Notes: generated by a model not told the origin, from the letters alone. Positions 1 through 11,249 are shown, numbered from the stretch's first letter. The stretch: DNA of 64,000 nucleotides from Alphaproteobacteria bacterium (GCA_965237415.1 CBDEFM010000002.1:1984001-2048000), one strand, 5' to 3'. Numbers and translations: made by a program.

Positions 1-61
1 GGGCCGACATGTGTAGGGTGAACGGGGACTGCTGCATCCTGCTCTGGGCGCGCCCTCTGGG

Positions 62-712
62 GTGGACGCGGTCGTGACGGCGGTCGACGCACGCGCGGTC
101 TATAGACGAATCGCGCCCTATTACGACTTTCTCGATGGGTCTTTCGAGCGGAAGCGCTATGCGCCGATCCGCGGCACGCTGTTCGCCGGGCTCAGCGGGC
201 GAATACTGGATGCCGGCATCGGGACGGGGTGCAACATCCCCTACTATCCCGCCGGCGCTGAGGTGGTCGGGATCGACCTTTCGCAGGCGATGCTGGCGCA
301 AGCGCGTGCCCGGCGCGACGGGCTCGGCAGCGCCGTCCCGTTCGCGGCAATGGATGTACTGAGAACCGCCTTCCCCGATTCGAGCTTCGATGCCGTGGTT
401 GCGAGCTTCGTCTTCTGCGTGCTCAGGCCCGACCAGCAGCAGGCGGCGCTCACCGAGCTCGGGCGGATTCTGAAGCCCGGCGGCGAAATTCGCCTGCTCG
501 ACTACACGTGGTCCAAACGGCCGTGGCGGCGCTTCGTCATGGGCCTGTGGGCGCCCTGGGTGCGGTGGGCCTATGGCGCGGGCTTCGACCGCGAGCCCCA
601 CCGCCATGTCGAGCCCGCCGGCCTCGCGCTCGCCGAAGACCGCTTCCTGATCGACGATGTCGTCCGGTATGTGGTCGCGCGCCGGCCGCCCGCGCCCGAG
701 CCTCCGACCTAA
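62..712 (+). CDS. Class I SAM-dependent methyltransferase (PmtA/UbiE-like)
   Basis: Motif I ILDAGIGTG, FPDSSFDAVV and LKPGG; start codon uncertain (GTG). Confidence 0.8.
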   Translation: MDAVVTAVDARAVYRRIAPYYDFLDGSFERKRYAPIRGTLFAGLSGRILDAGIGTGCNIPYYPAGAEVVGIDLSQAMLAQARARRDGLGSAVPFAAMDVLRTAFPDSSFDAVVASFVFCVLRPDQQQAALTELGRILKPGGEIRLLDYTWSKRPWRRFVMGLWAPWVRWAYGAGFDREPHRHVEPAGLALAEDRFLIDDVVRYVVARRPPAPEPPT

Positions 713-2613
713 TTCTGCTGGCTGAACAGGGCGGAGAGCGTGCCTTCGTTGACCGAGATTTCGTGCCGGCCGTAGAGCGCAACCCGGTAGGCTTCCGTGA
801 GGTCGCCGCGCCACGCGCGTGCGAGCTGATCGCGTATCCGGTCGCGCTCCTCGCCCGTGGCGCCCCGGCCGGCATCGTTGACCCCGGTGAGCACCGCGAC
901 TCCCCAGCCGCCCGCCGTCTGCGCGACGATCGGCTCGCGGTCGCCTTCGTCCGTCGCGAATAGCGCCTGGATCAGCGCGAAAGATGCATCCGGCCCGGCA
1001 CCCCGCCCATCGCGCCGCACATTGTCGAGCGTCGTCACGGCGAGGCCCGCATCGCGGGCGGCGGCAGCGAGGTCTTCGCCCACCCTTACCCGATCGGCCA
1101 GCGCGCTCGCCACGCGCTCGGCCGCCTCCCTCTCCGCCTCGCGCGTGAGCGCCGCACGCACCTCGCCCCGGACCTCCTCCAGGGGCCGCGGCGCGGATAC
1201 GGCCACCTCGTCCACCCGCAAGATGGCGAAGCTCCCGTCGTTGAGCTCGGTGAGGTTCGATTCCCGCCCCTCCCCCGTCTCGAACAGGAGCGAGACTATG
1301 TCGTCCCGCTCGCTCAAGTCGCTCAGGACGAGGGACCCACTGCGGTCGAGACCGTTTCGGGTGACGCCGTTGAGGATGATCGGCTCGACGCCCACGACCG
1401 CGGCACCTTGCTCCAGCGCGGCGCCGCCGCCGAGCTCGTCCTCAAGCACGGTGGAGAGGCGGAATAGGCCCGCTCCGGCCAAATCGAGCGCCATTTCGTC
1501 GTGCAGCTCCTGCTTCACTTCCTCGAATCTCTGGCGCCGCGCGGGCACCACCTTGTCGACCTTGAAGAGATGCCAGCCGAACGGGGTCTCGAGCGGGTCG
1601 CTGACCGAGCCCTCGGAGAGTCTGAAGACCGCCTCGCTCACGCCCCTCAGCGGGCCGTCGGCCCTGAATTCCGGGAGCGAGAGCACGCCCGCGCCGCGCC
1701 TCTCGAGGTCGTCTGCCACGACGTCGAATGGCTCGCCCTCCGCGAGCCTCTGCGCGCCCTCGCGGATCAGCGCCTCGTCCTGGGCATTGATCTGGACGAC
1801 CGCGCGTTGCTCGGGCAGATCGAACTCGTCGATCCGCGCTTCGTACTCGGCATAGACATCTTCGTCGCTCAGCTCGATCTCCGACACCATGGCCTCGGCG
1901 GTGAGCTGCACGACCACCGCGCTGCGCCGCTCGGGCGCCATGAACGACGCCGTGTTCGCCTCGTAATAGGCCGTGAGGGCGGCTTCGTCCGGTACGGCAA
2001 GGCCCCTCATGCCGCGGGCGGGGATCAGCGCGAGCCCAGCGCTGCGCTCCTCGGCGCGGAAGCGATGGAGGGCTTCGATCAGTGACTCGGGGACCTTGCG
2101 CTCGCCGCCGATGGCGTTCAGGAGCTGGCTGCGGAGCAGGTCGACGCGGATCAGATCCTCGTACTCGGTCCGGGTCATGTTGTTGCGCTCGAGAACGAGA
2201 TCGTAAAGCTCGGGATCGAACGCGCCCTGCTCGTTGCTGAAGGCCGGCGAGTCCTCGAGCTCCCGTCTCACGCTGTCGTCCGCCGCCCGCATCCCGAGTT
2301 TGCTGGTTTCGGCATCCAGCAGATATTCGCGGACGAGGAGGTTGAGCACCTGGCCTGTAAGGCCGGCCCGGTGGGCCTCGTCACGAGTCAGATCGGGGCG
2401 GCCGGAGCGTTCCCTCTCCCGCTGCAGGGCGCGCTGGAACTGGCGGTCGAACAGGACCGTCGGCACCTCGACGTCGCCCACCGTCGCCACCGCTGTGCGG
2501 CTCCCGCCGGTGAACACGTCGTTGATGCCGAAGGCTCCGAAGCTCAGCGCCAGGATGATGATGACGCCGCGGGCCGCCCACGACTTGGTGGCCTGGCGCA
2601 TGGATTGCAGCAT
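709..2613 (-). CDS. ppiD: PpiD-type SurA N-terminal domain peptidylprolyl isomerase/chaperone
   Basis: MLQSMRQ start, N-terminal TM helix, parvulin motif SDPLETPFGWHLFKV; divergent from tpiA as usual in Alphaproteobacteria. Confidence 0.85.
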   Translation of the reverse strand: MLQSMRQATKSWAARGVIIILALSFGAFGINDVFTGGSRTAVATVGDVEVPTVLFDRQFQRALQRERERSGRPDLTRDEAHRAGLTGQVLNLLVREYLLDAETSKLGMRAADDSVRRELEDSPAFSNEQGAFDPELYDLVLERNNMTRTEYEDLIRVDLLRSQLLNAIGGERKVPESLIEALHRFRAEERSAGLALIPARGMRGLAVPDEAALTAYYEANTASFMAPERRSAVVVQLTAEAMVSEIELSDEDVYAEYEARIDEFDLPEQRAVVQINAQDEALIREGAQRLAEGEPFDVVADDLERRGAGVLSLPEFRADGPLRGVSEAVFRLSEGSVSDPLETPFGWHLFKVDKVVPARRQRFEEVKQELHDEMALDLAGAGLFRLSTVLEDELGGGAALEQGAAVVGVEPIILNGVTRNGLDRSGSLVLSDLSERDDIVSLLFETGEGRESNLTELNDGSFAILRVDEVAVSAPRPLEEVRGEVRAALTREAEREAAERVASALADRVRVGEDLAAAARDAGLAVTTLDNVRRDGRGAGPDASFALIQALFATDEGDREPIVAQTAGGWGVAVLTGVNDAGRGATGEERDRIRDQLARAWRGDLTEAYRVALYGRHEISVNEGTLSALFSQQN

Positions 2614-2885
2614 TGCGGGACCTGCTGAATGGTGGAGACGCGCCCAGGCCGCTCCGGGACGGGCGTTGCGGCGGATAATAGGAGCGGCCGTGTACGCCGG
2701 GCAACACGCAACCTGTCATTTGGTTTGTGACCACGTAGCCCGTCGCCGTTTGCCTGCCAACTCGGTGCGACTGGCCCACGGTCGCGGGCCGTGATAGAGC
2801 ATGGCGGCCCGCCCGTAGCGCGTACCCGCGCGTAAGGGCCGGGACATGACCGCCCACAACCCACACCTGCTCCCATGGCGCCTAA

Positions 2886-3148
2886 CCCGCATTTCTCACC
2901 ACGGTCACGGCCTGCGTCGCGCCCAGGCGTTCGGTCCGCTAGGAGCGGGCCGAAAAGCGTATCGGTGCATACGGTTGAGGCCCGCGACGAAGCGGGCGGG
3001 CGCCTGGGCGCGACCCGAAGGGCGGCGCTGTCCGGCCGACAGTGTGCGTCACGCCGCTTGCCCGATGCACCACATCGCGCTGTGCGCCGTTCCTACCCTG
3101 TCGACCGGACAGCGCCGCGCAGACCATGACCGTGGTGAGAAATGCGGG
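2886..3148. mobile_element. 263-bp MITE with terminal inverted repeats and a CTAA target duplication
   Basis: Ends cccgcatttctcaccacggtca / tgaccgtggtgagaaatgcggg form a perfect 22-bp IR, extending to about 31 bp with 2 mismatches; CTAA at 2882-2885 and 3149-3152. Confidence 0.85.
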
Positions 3149-3924
3149 CTAAGTTCCCTCCCCGCCGGCCGCTCCTGGTCGCAAACTGGAAGATGAACGG
3201 CTTGCATGGCGATGGGCTAGCCCGCGCTAGCGCGCTGGCGGACCACGCGGCTGCCGGCGATTGCGGAGGCGACATCGTCGTGTGTCCGCCGGTGACGCTT
3301 CTCTTCGCGCTCCGGGCCGTGTTCGCCGGCACGCAGATCGCGCTCGGCGGGCAGGACTGCCACGTCTCGGCGGAGGGCGCACACACCGGCGACGTGAGCG
3401 CTCTGATGCTCGCCGATGCCGGCTGCGCCTACGTCATCGTCGGCCATTCCGAACGCCGCGCGAGCCACGGTGAGAATAACGAATGGGTCGCGGGCAAGGC
3501 CGCCGCGGCCCATGCGGCGGGGCTCACCGCCATCGTCTGCGTCGGCGAAAGCGCGGCCGACCGGGATGCCGGGCGCGCACTCGCCGCGATCGGCCGCCAG
3601 ATCGAGGGATCGCTGCCAGCAACTGCCACGCCCGACAACACCGCGATCGCCTACGAGCCGGTCTGGGCCATCGGTAGCGGCCGCACACCGGGCCCGGCCG
3701 ATATCGAGGCAGCGCACGCGAAAGTGCGGGCCGGGTGGGACCAGAGATTTTCGGGAAGCGGCGCGGCGCTCCGCGTGCTATATGGCGGCTCCGTCACGGC
3801 GCGTAACGCAGGCGACATCCTGGCCGCGCCGGGGGTTGACGGCGTGCTGGTCGGCGGAGCCAGCCTCTCTGCGGACGCGTTCTGGCAGATTTGCCAAGCG
3901 TGCCGCCGAGCCCGTCCAGGCTAG
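3142..3924 (+). CDS. tpiA: Triosephosphate isomerase; present ATG lies within the MITE right end
   Basis: NWKMN, GHSERR, AYEPVWAIG, YGGSV and LVGGASL motifs. Confidence 0.97.
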   Translation: MRAKFPPRRPLLVANWKMNGLHGDGLARASALADHAAAGDCGGDIVVCPPVTLLFALRAVFAGTQIALGGQDCHVSAEGAHTGDVSALMLADAGCAYVIVGHSERRASHGENNEWVAGKAAAAHAAGLTAIVCVGESAADRDAGRALAAIGRQIEGSLPATATPDNTAIAYEPVWAIGSGRTPGPADIEAAHAKVRAGWDQRFSGSGAALRVLYGGSVTARNAGDILAAPGVDGVLVGGASLSADAFWQICQACRRARPG

Positions 3925-3939
3925 TGGCAAGGAGCGGCA

Positions 3940-4314
3940 GTGGAAACGATCCTGCTCGTGGTCCTGATCGTCATCGTCATCACGATGATCGGTCTCGTGC
4001 TGCTCCAGCGCAGCGAGGGCGGCGCGCTCGGTATCGGCGGCCCCGGTGCGATGTTCTCGGCGCGCGGCACGGCCAATCTGCTTACCCGCGCCACGGCGGG
4101 GCTGGCGGCGGCCTTCATGATCATGAGTCTGGTCCTCGCCATCCTTTCCGGCAGCTGGACCGATCGGGAGTCGGTGCTGGATACCGCAGAGGAGGATCCG
4201 CTGGCCATCGAGGCCGAGCCGCTCGTGCTGCCGGGCGAGCTCGACTTCCCCACCGATATCGAGCCGCTGGATCTCCCCGGCGACGACGGGCCTGCAGTCC
4301 CCCGCGCCGAGTGA
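3940..4314 (+). CDS. secG: Preprotein translocase subunit SecG
   Basis: VLLQRSEGGALG...NLLTRAT, two TM helices; tpiA-secG-pyrG synteny. Confidence 0.95.
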   Translation: METILLVVLIVIVITMIGLVLLQRSEGGALGIGGPGAMFSARGTANLLTRATAGLAAAFMIMSLVLAILSGSWTDRESVLDTAEEDPLAIEAEPLVLPGELDFPTDIEPLDLPGDDGPAVPRAE

Positions 4315-4453
4315 GGCATCGCGCCGTTCCGACGGTGCCCTCGGTTAGAACGCCGCGGCTGCCAGCACGACACGTAGGGACCACCCGAATTTATGGGTTG
4401 CCCAAATAATTTACCGATGGGTGGTGGCGACTCGGGTGCGTTTGATAAGGTAG

Positions 4454-6088
<1,635 letters not shown>

Positions 6089-6106
6089 GGACACTGTGAG
6101 GCCGAT

Positions 6107-6946
6107 GTGAGCGAAACGCCCGCCCCAGGCCGGGTGACGATCGGCGCCTTCGAGGTGGGCAACGCGCTGCCGCTTGCGCTCATCGCCGGCCCCTGCGCGA
6201 TCGAAGGACGCGATCACGCGCTCAGGGTCTCGGAGACGCTCGTCGCGATGACGGCGGCTCGCGGTATGCCGTTCGTCTACAAGAGCTCCTTCGACAAGGC
6301 CAACCGCACCTCCGCCGGCAGCCCGCGCGGCATCGGCATGGACGAGGGACTCGCGATCCTGGAGGCGGTGCGCGATGCCCACGGCTGCCCGGTGCTGACC
6401 GACGTGCACCTGCCGGAGCAGTGCGCGGCGGTGGCACAGGCGGTGGACGTGCTTCAGATTCCGGCGTTCCTCTGCCGCCAGACCGACCTGCTGCTGGCGG
6501 CGGCAGCGACCGATAAGCCGATCAATGTGAAGAAGGGCCAGTTTCTCGCGCCGTGGGACATGCGCCACGTGGTCGCGAAGATCGTTGGCGCCGGCAACAG
6601 CCGGGTGCTGGTGTGCGAGCGCGGCGCGAGCTTCGGCTACAATACGCTGGTCTCGGACATGCGGAGCCTGCCGCAGCTGGCGGAGACCGGCTGCCCCGTG
6701 GTGTTCGATGCGACCCATTCGGTGCAGCAGCCGGGGGGACAGGGTGCGGCGAGCGGCGGGCAGCGGGAGTTCGTGCCCGTGCTGGCGCGGGCCGCGGTGG
6801 CGGTGGGCGTCGCCGCGGTCTTCATGGAGACCCATCCGGCGCCGGACGAGGCGCCTTCCGACGGCCCCAACATGGTGCCGCTGGATACGCTACCGGAACT
6901 TCTCGACCGCCTGCGCGCGTTCGACGCGCTGGCTAAAAAACCGTGA
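6107..6946 (+). CDS. kdsA: KDO 8-phosphate synthase
   Basis: [33 protein letters not shown]. Confidence 0.98.
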   Translation: MSETPAPGRVTIGAFEVGNALPLALIAGPCAIEGRDHALRVSETLVAMTAARGMPFVYKSSFDKANRTSAGSPRGIGMDEGLAILEAVRDAHGCPVLTDVHLPEQCAAVAQAVDVLQIPAFLCRQTDLLLAAAATDKPINVKKGQFLAPWDMRHVVAKIVGAGNSRVLVCERGASFGYNTLVSDMRSLPQLAETGCPVVFDATHSVQQPGGQGAASGGQREFVPVLARAAVAVGVAAVFMETHPAPDEAPSDGPNMVPLDTLPELLDRLRAFDALAKKP

Positions 6947-6957
6947 GGGAGAGAGCG

Positions 6958-7857
6958 ATGAGCGAGGGATGCGTGTTCATCGGCGGCGAGTACGTCTCGC
7001 CCGAGGACGCCAAGATGTCGATCTTCGATGCCGGCTTCGTCTGGGGAGACACCGTCTACGACGTGACCTCCACCTGGGCCGGCTGGTTCTTCATGCTCGA
7101 CGAGCATCTCGAGCGCTTCGCGCGCTCCTGCGCGGGCTTCCGGCTGGAGAATCCCTACAGTGCCGACGACATGCACCGAATTCTTGCCGAATGCGTGGCG
7201 CGGACGGGGCACGACAACTGCTACGTGAAGATCCAGCTCACCCGCGGCGTCATCAACAGCGAGACCCGCGACCCCCGCCTCGGCGCGCCCGAATTCGTGG
7301 CCTACGCCACGCCCTACGCCTGGATCTGGGGCGAGGAGAAGTGCCGCAACGGCGTCGCGCTCTATCTCAGCGGCGTCGAGCGTGTCTCGTCGAAGGCGAT
7401 CGACGCCCGCTACAAGAACTACAACCGGGCGGACTTTGTGCAGGCCCGCTTCGAGGCCTACGACCACGGCTGCGACGACGCGCTGCTGGTGGGCGGCGAC
7501 GGCTCGCTCACCGAAGGGCCGGGTTACAACATCTTCGTGATCCGCGACGGCGCGGTCGCGACGCCTGACGCCAACGTTCTGGAGGGCATCACGCGGCGCG
7601 CGGTGGCAGAGCTCTGCGACGAGGAAGGCATCCCCTTCTCATACCGCAGGGTGGAGCCGGCGGAGCTCGGTGCCGCAGACGAGCTCTTCGCAAGCACCAC
7701 GGCCGGCGGCGTCATGCCGGTGGTGCGGCTCGGCGACAAGCCCATCGGCAACGGCCACGCCGGCCTCGTCACCAGCCGCATCCAGTCCCGCTACTGGCGC
7801 AAGCGCGAGGAAGGCTGGCACGGCACGCGAGTGGACGACCTCCACGACGCAGCCTAG
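6958..7857 (+). CDS. PLP fold-type IV aminotransferase (BCAT/D-amino acid/(R)-amine transaminase-like)
   Basis: DAGFVWGDTVYD, catalytic Lys in YKNYN, EGPGYN, LEGITR, TTAGG. Confidence 0.88.
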   Translation: MSEGCVFIGGEYVSPEDAKMSIFDAGFVWGDTVYDVTSTWAGWFFMLDEHLERFARSCAGFRLENPYSADDMHRILAECVARTGHDNCYVKIQLTRGVINSETRDPRLGAPEFVAYATPYAWIWGEEKCRNGVALYLSGVERVSSKAIDARYKNYNRADFVQARFEAYDHGCDDALLVGGDGSLTEGPGYNIFVIRDGAVATPDANVLEGITRRAVAELCDEEGIPFSYRRVEPAELGAADELFASTTAGGVMPVVRLGDKPIGNGHAGLVTSRIQSRYWRKREEGWHGTRVDDLHDAA

Positions 7858-7869
7858 GCGAACCGGAGG

Positions 7870-7942
7870 CTCTTCCCTCCCGATTCGCCGGACCATGGTG
7901 CGCTGCCCGGCGCAGGGTGTCGGTGTCAGCATCGCACCGTGC
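7870..7942. repeat. Dispersed repeat; inverted homologue at about 25523-25600
   Basis: cccgattc(g/t)ccggaccatggtgcg(c/a)tgc...tcag(c/g)atcgc(a/g)cc(g/a)tgc shared between the two loci. Confidence 0.6.
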
Positions 7943-7961
7943 GCTGTGAGAAAGAAGACAC

Positions 7962-8168
7962 CCCCACCTCACCCCGGCCCTCTCCGCCCCCAGGGGCGGA
8001 GAGGGAGAACGGGCAGCGCCGTCTGCGTCTCCCCTCCGCCCCACCGGGCCGTCAGGCCCGGACGGCGCGACTGCGCCGCGCGCGAATGCGCGTAAGCCAA
8101 GCGAGCGGAGCGAGCGCCCGGCGACTGAGGGATACGAACAAGTTGGGAGGGGGACAGGGGGAGGTGGG
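7962..8168. repeat. Alphaproteobacterial REP/MITE-like palindromic element with an internal module shared with 29379-29476
   Basis: Hairpin ccctctccgcccc-cag-gggcggagaggg; identical 23-mer caagcgagcggagcgagcgcccg at 8098-8120 and 29436-29458. Confidence 0.7.
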
Positions 8169-8175
8169 TGCGGGC

Positions 8176-8725
8176 GGTACAGACCGGATAGATAGGTAAC
8201 AGAATGGACCGGATAGATGGGTGACAGGTTATGGCAGGGCCAGGAGGTGGCCGATGCCGTGGAAGGAGACCTGTCGCATGGAGGAGAAGTTGGTTTTTGT
8301 CGCAGACTGTCTGCGTGGCGAGTTGCCGATGACAGCGCTTTGCGAGGACTACGGCATCAGCCGCAAGACGGGCTACAAATGGCTCGGTCGCTATCGCGAG
8401 CACGGCCCGGAGGGCCTGGTGGAGCGCTCTCGTGCGCCGCACCGTCATGGTCGGTCGATGGCGCCGGAGATGGCCGAAGCGATTGTTGCTCTGCGCAGGC
8501 AGCGTCCCCATTGGGGTCCGCGCAAGCTGCGCGCAGTGCTGATGGGAGAGCGCCCCGAGGCGGTGTGGCCTGCGGCCAGCACGATGGGCGATCTGCTGCG
8601 TGCGGAAGGGCTGGTGAGCGACGGCGAACACTGTTACCCATGTAACCGGTCCATAGCGTTACCGAACACTGTTACCCATGTATGCTTCCGGTTGCACAGG
8701 CGGTACCCATGCTTCCGGTTGCACA
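8176..8725 (+). mobile_element. Internally deleted IS481-family element (transposase N-terminus only)
   Basis: ORF from 8254 MPWKETCRMEEKLVFV...GISRKTGYKWL...HWGPRKL lacks the integrase core; left end has repeated gaccggatagat(a/g)ggt(a/g)acag, right end repeated tgttacccatg...ccggttgcaca. Confidence 0.8.
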
Positions 8726-8754
8726 GTCGCCTGCGAGGCACACTGCTATCGCGC

Positions 8755-8861
8755 ACACGACCTCATATGCCGCGCGCGAGACGTTTCGGGCTCACGCGAC
8801 TCGGGCGTGCGCGACATCCCACTTATCCCACTTAATCCCACTTAATCCCGGCTAAGAAATG
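8755..8861. repeat. Gene-less mini-copy of the DUF3486 module ends (hairpin plus AATCCCACTT tandem repeats)
   Basis: 8769-8800 matches the reverse complement of 30209-30240 (28/32); 8817-8854 matches the reverse complement of about 29509-29547 with 2 mismatches. Confidence 0.8.
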
Positions 8862-8942
8862 TTCATCTGTCTCGATACACCGGGCAGCCACTGCGAATGG
8901 CGGACGGCGGAGCCGGAGTGCGACAGCGGCGGGAAGAGCGGG

Positions 8943-9932
8943 TTAATGGTCCACGTAGTCCTCGATGTACTGGCGCACCACCTCGTCCAAAGGCGGGTTC
9001 TGGGGCAGGCCGAGGGCCGCGGCCCGTTCGGCCTTCGCGTAGGCTGGCCAGGAGCCGACGAGACGCTGCACCGCCCCATCGGGCGCATCGATGACCGCGC
9101 CGAGCTTGCGGCCGGCACCCACCCGCTCCAGCGCCGCCACCATCTCCCCCGCCGTCGCCGAGAAGGAGGGCAGGTTGATGGTGCGGTCGTCGCCGAGCGC
9201 CGTGCTCGGCGCCTCGTGAAGGGCGACCAGGCTGTCCACGATCGTGCGGTAGCCGCCGAGGACGATGCGCGTGTCCCGGCTGACCGGGAGCGCGTGGTCC
9301 ACACCGGCGAGCGGCTCGCGGAAGAGCCCGCTGGCGAAGCCGGAGGCCGCCTTGTTGGGCTTGCCCGGCCGCACGATGACGGTGGGTGGCCTGCCGCCGC
9401 GGCCATCCAGGTAGCCCTTACGGGTGTAGTCGGCCACGAGGTGCTCGTTGATCACCTTGGTCACGCCATAGGTGCCCTGCGGGGTGATCTTGGTCTCGTC
9501 GGAGATGGTCTCCGGCAGCGCACTGCCGCCATAGACCGCGATGCTGCTGGTGAAGACGAGCCGGGGGAGCCCCGGCGCGGCGCGGCAGGCGTCGAGCACA
9601 TTGAGGCCGCCGGTGAGGTTGACCGCCAACGCGAGGTCGAAGTCCTGCTCGGCGCCGGCGCTGACCACCGAGGCGAAGTGAAAGACCGAGAGCGAATCGC
9701 CCGCGATGAGCGCGCGCACCGTCTCCCCATCGGCGACATCGCCCGCGGCGAACGAGACCCGCTCGTCCTCGAGGCCCGCAGGCGGCTGGTCCGGCACGAC
9801 GGCATCGAAGAGGACCATCTCGTCGATCCGCTCCTGCTCGCCCGATGCGCCGGTCAGCGTATCCCTGTCGAGCAGCGCCCGCGCGAGTCTCTGCCCGAGA
9901 AAGCCCAGTCCTCCCGTAATCACCACCTTCAT
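8943..9932 (-). CDS. NAD-dependent epimerase/dehydratase, D-erythronate dehydrogenase DenD-like
   Basis: ITGGLGFLG, YGVTK catalytic motif, VRPGKPNKAASGFASGLFREPLAG. Confidence 0.8.
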   Translation of the reverse strand: MKVVITGGLGFLGQRLARALLDRDTLTGASGEQERIDEMVLFDAVVPDQPPAGLEDERVSFAAGDVADGETVRALIAGDSLSVFHFASVVSAGAEQDFDLALAVNLTGGLNVLDACRAAPGLPRLVFTSSIAVYGGSALPETISDETKITPQGTYGVTKVINEHLVADYTRKGYLDGRGGRPPTVIVRPGKPNKAASGFASGLFREPLAGVDHALPVSRDTRIVLGGYRTIVDSLVALHEAPSTALGDDRTINLPSFSATAGEMVAALERVGAGRKLGAVIDAPDGAVQRLVGSWPAYAKAERAAALGLPQNPPLDEVVRQYIEDYVDH

Positions 9933-10100
9933 GCGTGCCCTCCGTCCGCTCGGTCTCGTTCGTGCTCAACATATCCTATTGGCATGTCGCGCCGGTATGC
10001 GGATGATACCGGCGCGCATCCGTTACCCGCTTCCGCTCATCCGCATGGCGGAGGACGCTGGCGGTTGCGGGGCACCGCGGGGCAATTTTGGGGGGCGAGG

Positions 10101-11249
10101 ATGACGACATCGGCGGCGCTTGGGCCGAACCAATCTCTGATCGATGAGCGCGAATCGCGGGCCCGCCTGATCACGCCCGCTTTGGTGCTCGATCTCGACG
10201 CGATGGAGCGCAACATCGCCACGATGGCGGCGTACGCGGCAGAGCAGGGTGTCGCCTTCCGCCCCCACGCGAAGACCCACAAGAGCGTGCAGATCGCGCG
10301 CCGCCAGCTGGACGCCGGCGCGCTCGGCATCTGCTGCGCCACCTTGGGCGAGGCGGAGGCGTTGGCGGCGGGGGGGATCGACGGGCTGCTCGTCACCTCG
10401 CCGATCGTGGCACCCGCCAAGATCAACCGCCTCATGGCGCTCCGCCGCGACAATGAGTCGCTCATGGTGACGGCCGATGACATGGACAATCTGCGCGCCC
10501 TCGAGTCCGCCGCCGCAGCGTCCGGGTTCGTGCTCGATGTGGTGATCGATGTCGACGTCGGGCTGCATCGCACCGGCACCCGCGATGCGGAGACCGCGGT
10601 GGCCCTCGCGGAAGCCGCGGACGAAAGCGTCAGCCTGCGCTTCTGCGGGCTTCAGGGCTATGCCGGGCACGTCCAGCACATCGAGGATTTCGGCAACCGC
10701 CGCGCGGCCTCTCACGGCGATCTGACGCCGCTTCGGGACGCCCGCGACCGGCTCGTCGAGCGCGGCATCGAGGTGCCCATCGTCACGGGTGCCGGCACAG
10801 GCACCCACGACATCGACACGGAGATCGGCCTGATGACCGAGCTCCAGGTCGGCTCCTACGTGGTCATGGACGTGGAGTATCTCGATGTGCAGGCGCGGGA
10901 CGGCGGCGATTGGCGCTTCGAGCCGGCGCTCTTCGTCCGCTCGACCGTGGTCTCGGCGAGCCACGACGGAAGTGCCACCATGGATGCCGGCCTCAAGTGC
11001 TTCGCCACCGACGGGCCGTTGCCGCGCTTCCACACCGGCGTGCCCATCGGCGCTTACTACCAGCATTTCGGCGACGAGCACGGGCGCATCGTCTTCGCCG
11101 GCGCCAATGAGCGGCTCGCCATCGGCGCGGCCCTCGAATGCATCGTGCCGCACTGCGACCCCACCGTGAACCTCTACGACCACTACCACTGCGTGCGCGG
11201 CGAGACTCTGGTCGACATCTGGCCGATCGAGGGCCGCGGCCGCCACTAG
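10101..11249 (+). CDS. DSD1/D-threonine aldolase-family PLP enzyme
   Basis: TPALVLDLD, RPHAKTHKS, TELQVGSYVVMD, GDEHG, PHCDPTVNLYD. Confidence 0.9.
   Translation: MTTSAALGPNQSLIDERESRARLITPALVLDLDAMERNIATMAAYAAEQGVAFRPHAKTHKSVQIARRQLDAGALGICCATLGEAEALAAGGIDGLLVTSPIVAPAKINRLMALRRDNESLMVTADDMDNLRALESAAAASGFVLDVVIDVDVGLHRTGTRDAETAVALAEAADESVSLRFCGLQGYAGHVQHIEDFGNRRAASHGDLTPLRDARDRLVERGIEVPIVTGAGTGTHDIDTEIGLMTELQVGSYVVMDVEYLDVQARDGGDWRFEPALFVRSTVVSASHDGSATMDAGLKCFATDGPLPRFHTGVPIGAYYQHFGDEHGRIVFAGANERLAIGAALECIVPHCDPTVNLYDHYHCVRGETLVDIWPIEGRGRH

Noticed and set aside
2875-3924. Stop-codon readthrough or selenocysteine joining the MITE ORF to tpiA
   Set aside because: Two in-frame TGAs (3127, 3136) intervene and I see no SECIS evidence; restart at ATG 3142 is simpler.
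8626-8855. Short repeats resembling a CRISPR array
   Set aside because: Units are 9-19 bp without regular unique spacers and there are no cas genes; explained by IS481 ends and the DUF3486-linked tandem array.
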